Source of the DNA: Candidatus Marinacidobacterium sp.
Lineage (GTDB): Bacteria; Acidobacteriota; Vicinamibacteria; Marinacidobacterales; Marinacidobacteraceae
Direction of reading: 5' to 3'
Length of the DNA: 64,000 nt
Assembly: GCA_965220965.1 (NCBI GenBank)
Contig: OZ244852.1
Location: 832,001-896,000 of the forward strand
Positions 58,262 through 64,000 of the stretch are shown in pieces (position 1 is the stretch's first letter; the number at the start of each line of letters is the position of its first letter). The notes beneath the pieces were generated by a model that was given only the letters and a program-made list of their open reading frames with translations, was not told the DNA's origin and did not search any database. Position numbers and translations under genes: made by a program.

Positions 58262-58330
58262 AGATGGAGCGCTATGTTCCGCTTGGACGATGGCGAGGCC
58301 ACTGACGTGGACCTGATCAACCAACATTGA
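58262..58330 (+). pseudogene. higB: 3' remnant of a HigB (RelE-family plasmid-killer) toxin gene
   Basis: Frame reads RWSAMFRLDDGEATDVDLINQH*, resembling the HigB tail 'FRFEDG.A.DVD..DYH'; lies directly upstream of higA; upstream codons show no HigB similarity. Confidence 0.65.
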
Positions 58331-58344
58331 CAGGAGCGGTGACC

Positions 58345-58656
58345 ATGAACCACGCGAGCACCCGGATCGGTCCGATGCGGAACCCGCCGCACCTCGGCGA
58401 GCTCATCTGCGAGAGCATGGACGATCTGGGCTTGAGCGTGACCGAGACGGCGACGCGCTTGGGCTGCGAGCGCGCAACCCTGTCCCGCCTTCTGAACGGC
58501 AAGGCGGCGATGTCGGCCCGCATGGCGCTGGCGCTGGAAGCGATCGGCTGGGGGACCGCCGAACACTGGATGCGGATGCAGGCGAGCTACGAGCTCGCGC
58601 AGGCGCGTCGGACCCGGAGCGCCGCCGGGGGAAGTCCGGCGCCACCTCGGTGCTGA
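58345..58656 (+). CDS. higA: HigA-family addiction module antidote (XRE HTH)
   Basis: 'NPPHLGELI','LSVTETATRLG..RATLSRLLNG','MALAL','AEHWMRMQASYEL'; AGGAG RBS. Confidence 0.9.
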   Translation: MNHASTRIGPMRNPPHLGELICESMDDLGLSVTETATRLGCERATLSRLLNGKAAMSARMALALEAIGWGTAEHWMRMQASYELAQARRTRSAAGGSPAPPRC

Positions 58657-58725
58657 TCGGGCGGAGCACGCTGATCAGGTGGAGATGCGCGGCGCAATCA
58701 CGCTGAGGCGCTGTGCGCCGGGTCC

Positions 58726-61140
58726 TCAGAAGTTCAGGTCGAGTTCGATTCCGAGCGTCCTCGGGGCGCCGGCTCTCCCGAGGCGGCCGAAGCCAGGGAT
58801 CTCGGACTGCCAGGTCTGGAGCAGGTAGGGCTCGTCCAGCAGGTTCCGCGCGAAGGCGAAGAGTCCCCACGAACCGAACTGGTAGCCCAGCCGGGCGTTG
58901 ACGAGGGTGCGGCCTTCCGCGAGGAACCGGGGGTCGTTGGCCGCGGTGGCGAATGCTTCCGGCTGGGCGGTGAGTTCGGCTCTTCCGGTCCAGACGCCGC
59001 CGAAGCGGTCCTGGCTGGGCGCGCGGTAGAAGGCGCCCGCCGTTGCGGACCACGACGGGGCAAAGGGGAACTCGTTGCCGGTGAGGTCGCGCTCGCTGTC
59101 GGCGAAGGAATCGAACCGGGTCTCGAGCAGGCCCGCGGAGGCGTAGAGCTCGAGGCCTCGGACCGGGTGGTAGCCGGCTTCCAGCTCGGCCCCGGACAGC
59201 GTTGACTCCCCGGCGTTTACGGTGACGTTGTCGACCGGGAGCCCGAGCTGGGTCAGCACCCGGACCTGCTGGTCGGTCCAGTCGGTCCGGAACACGTTCG
59301 CGGCGAGCCGCCAGCGCCGGTCCGGGGCGCTGGCGCGGAGGGCGAACTCCAGGTTGTTCGTGAACTCGGGGTCGAAGTCGCTCGTCTGCGCCGAGAGCAC
59401 GGCGACCGAGCGCCCACCGGCGCGGTAGCCGCGCTGCCAGGAGACGGATGTCGAGAACGTGTCGCTCCACCGCCGGGTGAGGGCGGTCTTCGGCAGGAAC
59501 GCGCCGTAGCTCGCCGAAACGATGTCTTCGGGGCTCGTCTCGCCGGAGAGGCCGGGCAGGACCGGGTCGGAGAGCAGACCCTGGCTGTTCCTCGTCTCGC
59601 GGGTCTCGCGGTCGTAGCGGCCGCCGAGCGTCAGGATCCAGTCCCGCGCCTCGCCGAGGTTGAAGTCGAATTCGCTGTAGACGGCGTTGTTCGTCGTGGT
59701 CTCGCCGGTCAGGAAGAACGCCGTCAGGCTGAATCCCGGCGGGAGGCCGGCGAGCTCGCCAGGCCCGGCGGCGTCGGCGCGAAGGCTGTCTTCGAGATCG
59801 GCGGTGTAGACGCCGATGACGCCCCGCGTCCGTCCGCCCGGATCGACTCGCAGCCGGAGCTCGCCGGTGGTCCACCGGTCGTCGGTCTCGTAATCGAGAA
59901 CGCCTGCCGGGACCGGGGTCTGGTCCAGGTCCTCGCTCTGTCGGAACTCGTGGAAGTAGATGGTTCCGGTGGACTCGAGCGACAGCGAATCCGTCAGTTG
60001 GTAACCCAGATCGATCACGGCCGTCCGGTGCAGTGAGCCGTCCTGCGGTTCGTGATCCGAAAGGTTGAGGCGCTGTTCCGGGAAGAGATCCGCGCTGACC
60101 GTGCTGTCGCCGCCGCGGCTGTCCGACTGCGACAGCGTCACCATCCCCCGGAAGCGGGCCGTGGGATCGAAGCGCAGCTTGGCCCGCAGGTGGAGCGCCT
60201 CGCGGAAGTCGTGCGCCTCGCCGCGGGTCGGGTTCGTGACGAAGCCGTCGCTCACCTGCCGGTCCACCGAGAGGCGCAGCGCCGCGCGGTTCGTGACCAG
60301 CGGGACGTTGACCGCCGCCGCGAGCTGCTGCGAGGCGTAGTCGCCCAGACGGGCGCGCCCCCGGAACTCGGTCCGGTAGGTGGGGTCGCGGCTCGAGAGC
60401 ACGACCGCGCCGGCGAGGGCGTTCCGCCCCTGCTGGGTGGACTGCGGGCCCCGGAACACTTCCACCCGGTCGAGGTCCCAGGTGCTGTAGGGCCCGAAGA
60501 AGGTGCCCTGGTAGCCCTGGACCGCGGCCCCGTCCACCATGGTGGTGACGAGCAGGCCGCTCCCCGCGCCGAAGCCGCCCTGGCTGATGCCCCGGATCGA
60601 GAAGCCGCGACGGTCCGAGGAGGTCGTCAGGTTCGGGACGGTGGCGACGAGGTCGTAGAGGTCGGTGTCGGTCGCGGTGGCGAGGCGGTCGCGGTCGAGC
60701 ACCGCGACGCTTCCCGGCTCGTCACGCAGCGGCCGCTCCTGGATCTGCCCGGTCACCGAGATCTCCTCGGAGAACGCGAGCGACAGGGGAATGCGGATCC
60801 GGACTTCGCCGCCGGCGCCGACGTCGATCTCCACCGTGCGCTCGGCGAAGCCCTCGCGGCGAACCGTGAGCCGGTGTTCGCCCTCGGGGAGGGTGTCGAA
60901 CCGGAAGAGGCCGGCGGCTTCGCTCGTCGTCAGTCGGGTCGTGCCGTCGGCGAGGGTGAGCATGACCTCGGCCCCGGCGACCGCGCCGCCCTCGGGACCC
61001 ACGACCTCGCCGATGATCTCGTTGATCGCGAGGGGAGGCGCCGCCGCCACGCTCCACGGCAGGAGCAGACACGCGGCGGCGGCGAGGATCCGCCGGCGGA
61101 ACCGGGGTTGCGGGGCGAGGGAAGTCGTCGGCTCGGCCAT
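58726..61140 (-). CDS. TonB-dependent receptor with N-terminal carboxypeptidase-regulatory-like domain
   Basis: 'EEISVTG' TonB box, plug 'RVEVFRGPQST..GRNALAG', beta-barrel, C-terminal F. Confidence 0.92.
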   Translation of the reverse strand: MAEPTTSLAPQPRFRRRILAAAACLLLPWSVAAAPPLAINEIIGEVVGPEGGAVAGAEVMLTLADGTTRLTTSEAAGLFRFDTLPEGEHRLTVRREGFAERTVEIDVGAGGEVRIRIPLSLAFSEEISVTGQIQERPLRDEPGSVAVLDRDRLATATDTDLYDLVATVPNLTTSSDRRGFSIRGISQGGFGAGSGLLVTTMVDGAAVQGYQGTFFGPYSTWDLDRVEVFRGPQSTQQGRNALAGAVVLSSRDPTYRTEFRGRARLGDYASQQLAAAVNVPLVTNRAALRLSVDRQVSDGFVTNPTRGEAHDFREALHLRAKLRFDPTARFRGMVTLSQSDSRGGDSTVSADLFPEQRLNLSDHEPQDGSLHRTAVIDLGYQLTDSLSLESTGTIYFHEFRQSEDLDQTPVPAGVLDYETDDRWTTGELRLRVDPGGRTRGVIGVYTADLEDSLRADAAGPGELAGLPPGFSLTAFFLTGETTTNNAVYSEFDFNLGEARDWILTLGGRYDRETRETRNSQGLLSDPVLPGLSGETSPEDIVSASYGAFLPKTALTRRWSDTFSTSVSWQRGYRAGGRSVAVLSAQTSDFDPEFTNNLEFALRASAPDRRWRLAANVFRTDWTDQQVRVLTQLGLPVDNVTVNAGESTLSGAELEAGYHPVRGLELYASAGLLETRFDSFADSERDLTGNEFPFAPSWSATAGAFYRAPSQDRFGGVWTGRAELTAQPEAFATAANDPRFLAEGRTLVNARLGYQFGSWGLFAFARNLLDEPYLLQTWQSEIPGFGRLGRAGAPRTLGIELDLNF

Positions 61141-61186
61141 GAACGGGAACGATAAACGGCCGGAACCGGCCCGGTAGAATCGCGCC

Positions 61187-61642
61187 GTGGAAATCAGTGG
61201 CACAGAGATCATCCGGCTCCCCCGGGCCGACGTGTGGAAGAGCATCACCGACGCCGATCTGGTGGCGTCCTGCATGCCGGGCGTCGAGTCCATGAAGACG
61301 CTGGAGCCGAACAAGCGGTTCGAGGTCGTCGGCGGGGTCAAGCTGGGGGCCGCGGGGGTGAAGGCGAAGACCCGGCTGGAGTGGGTCGAGCTGGTCGAGC
61401 CCGAAATGGCCCGGATGTCGCTCCACGGGGCCGGTCCGGGCGTCACCATCGACGGGAGCACGGATCTTCGGCTCCGCGACGTGGACGAGGGCACCGCCCT
61501 CGACTGGACGGCGAACGTCACGGTGCGCGGCACGGTGGCGATGCTCGCCGGGCGACTCATGAAGCCGGTCATGGAGAAGATGAACCGGGAGTTCTTCGCC
61601 CGCATCAAGGAAAAGATCGAACCCGACGGCGCAGCCTCCTGA
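61187..61642 (+). CDS. CoxG/SRPBCC-family protein
   Basis: 'VW..ITD...VASCMPG', 'GT.LDW.A.V...G..A..AGRLM'. Confidence 0.85.
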   Translation: MEISGTEIIRLPRADVWKSITDADLVASCMPGVESMKTLEPNKRFEVVGGVKLGAAGVKAKTRLEWVELVEPEMARMSLHGAGPGVTIDGSTDLRLRDVDEGTALDWTANVTVRGTVAMLAGRLMKPVMEKMNREFFARIKEKIEPDGAAS

Positions 61643-61704
61643 GGCCGCCCCTTCGGGCTGACACGGGGCCGCGGGCTTTCGCCCGGCGGCCGGGAGGAAA
61701 CGGG

Positions 61705-62919
61705 ATGAACCTGAAGATCTGGCGCACCGCCGCCCTGGCGGCGCTTTGCGGGCTCGTCGCCGCGCTCGCGTGGGCGCAGCCCACCTACTTTCCCGAGCGC
61801 CACGAATGGGGGACGCAGACCCCCGAGGAGGCGGGCTTCGACGCCGCGGCGCTCCAGGAGGCCGTCGACTTCGCGGTGGCGTCCGAATCGGGCGCCCCGA
61901 GGGATCTCGCGCTGAACCACGAACTCACCTTCGGGAGCGAGCCCTTCGGCAGCCGGGTCGGCCCGACGACGGTCCGCGGCGCGCTCAGCGGGATGGTCGT
62001 TCGCGACGGCTACATCGTTCAGGAATGGGGTCCGGTCCACAAGGTGGACATGACGTTCAGCGTCTCGAAGACCTTCCTGTCGACCGCGGTGGGGCTGCTC
62101 TACGACGACGGCCTGATCGCCTCGGTGGACGACCGGGTCGGCCCCTACATGCCCGATGACGAACTCTTCGGCTCGGACCACAACGCCCCGATCACCTGGG
62201 ACCACCTGCTCCGGCAGACCAGCGACTGGCAGGGGACGCTGTGGGGGAAGCCCGACTGGGCCGACCGGCCGGTCGGAGACCACCCCTTCGAGTATCCCGA
62301 CCGGCCGATGCACCCGCCCGGAACCTTCTACAAGTACAACGATGTTCGGGTGAACCTGCTGGCGCTGGCCGCCCTCCACGTCGTGCGGGATCCGCTTCCG
62401 GTCCTGCTCCGGGAGCGCATCATGAACCCGATCGGGGCCTCGAGCCGGTGGCGCTGGCACGGCTACGAGAACTCGTGGATCATGATCGACGGCCGCAACG
62501 TCCAGTCGGTGAGCGGCGGCGGCCACTGGGGCGGGGGCATGCACATCAGCGCCCGCGACCTCGCGCGCTTCGGGCTTCTCTTCCTGCGGAACGGAAGCTG
62601 GAACGGCGAGCAACTCCTCTCCGAGGACTGGATCGCGATGGCCCGGACGCCGGGCGACGTGAACCCGTCCTACGGCTACATGAACTGGTTCCTGAACGGT
62701 CCGGTGGAGCGGAACGGCGAGATGGTCAAGTCCATCCCGGCGGCGCCGGACACCGCGGTGACCTTCCGCGGCGCCGGGAGCAACATCGTCTACGTGGACT
62801 GGGAGAACGACCTCGTGGTCGTGGTGCGCTGGATCCAGGGGGGCGCGGTCTCCGAGTTCATCGGGAAGGTCCTCGCGGCGCTCGATGACGCGCAGCCGAC
62901 GGACTCCGCCGGACGATGA
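61705..62919 (+). CDS. Exported serine hydrolase (beta-lactamase class C / NylB-like)
   Basis: Signal peptide; SxxK 'FSVSK', 'YND', 'SARDLARFG', 'YGYMNW'; GGAGG RBS. Confidence 0.88.
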   Translation: MNLKIWRTAALAALCGLVAALAWAQPTYFPERHEWGTQTPEEAGFDAAALQEAVDFAVASESGAPRDLALNHELTFGSEPFGSRVGPTTVRGALSGMVVRDGYIVQEWGPVHKVDMTFSVSKTFLSTAVGLLYDDGLIASVDDRVGPYMPDDELFGSDHNAPITWDHLLRQTSDWQGTLWGKPDWADRPVGDHPFEYPDRPMHPPGTFYKYNDVRVNLLALAALHVVRDPLPVLLRERIMNPIGASSRWRWHGYENSWIMIDGRNVQSVSGGGHWGGGMHISARDLARFGLLFLRNGSWNGEQLLSEDWIAMARTPGDVNPSYGYMNWFLNGPVERNGEMVKSIPAAPDTAVTFRGAGSNIVYVDWENDLVVVVRWIQGGAVSEFIGKVLAALDDAQPTDSAGR

Positions 62920-62951
62920 GCCTTCACCCTGCTCGCAGGAAGGACTCCCTG

Positions 62952-63986
62952 ATGACCCGCGTTCCGGTCACCGTCGCCATCGCCGCGCTCGCGCTGGCCG
63001 CCCTCGCCGGTTGCGGCGCGCCGCCCGCCGAAGCGCCACCGCCGGCGCCGGCCGAACCGGCCCTCCCGACGCCCGACTTCACGCTCCCGGCGGACAACAC
63101 CCATAACCGCTGGAGCGCGACGATCCCACCGGTCCTGACCGTGCCGTCGGGGGCGGTCGTCGAGATCCACACCAAGGAAGCCTCCGACGGGCAGATCACG
63201 CCGGAGACGACCGCCGACGACCTGGCGTCCGTCGACTTCGACCTGATCCACGCGCTCACCGGCCCGATCCGGGTCGAGGGCGCCCAGCCGGGTGACCTGC
63301 TGGCGGTCACGATCCACGAGGTCGAGGTCACCGGCTGGGGCTGGGCCACGATCCTGCCCGGGTTCGGGTTCCTCGCCGACGAGTTCACTGAGCCCTGGAT
63401 CCGCGGCTTCGAGCTCGGTCCGGGATCCACCGAAGCGGCCTTCAACGACCAGATCAGCATCCCGCTCTCGCCGTTCCCGGGCGTGCTCGGTGTCGCGCCG
63501 GCGACCGACGAGATGCTCGTCACGATCCCGCCCCGTGAGAACGGCGGCAACATGGACAACCGCTACATGAAGGCGGGGACCACGGTCTACCTGCCGGTCC
63601 AGGTCGAGGGGGCGAATTTCTCCGTCGGGGACGCCCACGCGATGCAGGGCGACGGCGAGGTCTCCGGGACCGCGATCGAGGTCCCGACCCGCATCCTGCT
63701 GACCCTCGAAGTGATGGAGAACCCTCGGGGGATCACCGAGGCCGAATACGAGACCGACGAGTACTACGGGACGACCGGGTTCGCGACGACGATCGACGAG
63801 GCGGCCAGGAAGGCCACCCGGGCGATGATCGGCTACCTGGTGGCGGAGCGCGGCGTCACGCCGGAGGAGGCCTACGTGCTCGCCTCGCTCGCCGGGGACC
63901 TGAAGATCTCCGAGACAGTCGACGTGCCCCACATGCTCGTCAGCATGCACATGCCCAAGTCGATCTTCGGGGCTGGCGGGGAGTAG
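62952..63986 (+). CDS. Acetamidase/formamidase-family protein with lipoprotein signal
   Basis: 'HALTGPI.VEGA.PGD','NGGNMD','GDAHAMQGDGEVSGTAIE'; lipobox LAGC. Confidence 0.9.
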   Translation: MTRVPVTVAIAALALAALAGCGAPPAEAPPPAPAEPALPTPDFTLPADNTHNRWSATIPPVLTVPSGAVVEIHTKEASDGQITPETTADDLASVDFDLIHALTGPIRVEGAQPGDLLAVTIHEVEVTGWGWATILPGFGFLADEFTEPWIRGFELGPGSTEAAFNDQISIPLSPFPGVLGVAPATDEMLVTIPPRENGGNMDNRYMKAGTTVYLPVQVEGANFSVGDAHAMQGDGEVSGTAIEVPTRILLTLEVMENPRGITEAEYETDEYYGTTGFATTIDEAARKATRAMIGYLVAERGVTPEEAYVLASLAGDLKISETVDVPHMLVSMHMPKSIFGAGGE

Positions 63987-64000
63987 GACGGGGAGACGGG

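Noticed and set aside
57975-58316. Small ORFs 57975-58316 and 58027-58305 as an intact toxin
   Set aside because: No RelE/HigB similarity; the HigB-like tail is in the third frame
51029-58720. Prophage, IS or integrative element explaining the islet
   Set aside because: No integrase, transposase, tRNA target or flanking direct repeats detected by eye

Overview
Very GC-rich, gene-dense bacterial window, probably Acidobacteriota (inferred from the Acidobacteria-type VWA protein, the EHTSINPNK-type ArgRS, bshC and the DUF4159/MoxR operon). About 42 real CDS; most long ORFs in the track are shadow ORFs. Core content: S41-type protease tail, HEAT protein, NCS2 permease, a coupled ALDH / kinase-phospholyase / esterase / threonine dehydrogenase-like / TlpA operon, msrA, metH, a DAACS transporter, argS-lepB-bshC, yitJ-type HMT-MTHFR, a di-heme cytochrome c peroxidase, a 15.6 kb DUF4159-VWA-TPR-MoxR-DUF58-BatA-DUF4175 operon, hflKC, an Sfp-type PPTase, metalloproteases, a TonB-dependent receptor and amide hydrolases. 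Two visibly AT-richer accessory inserts interrupt this: a lone Ser/Thr kinase with a thioredoxin/UAS-like tail (about 42.8-44.9 kb), and a two-gene module (about 51.1-58.3 kb). The second is the best candidate for an undescribed system: a DruE-like DEAH/DUF1998 helicase preceded by an 849-aa partner whose C-terminus is a diverged, full-length ribosomal protein uS5 domain, next to a truncated higB and an intact higA. No rRNA, tRNA, CRISPR array, integrase or transposase was recognised. All family calls are by motif recognition; no searches were run.
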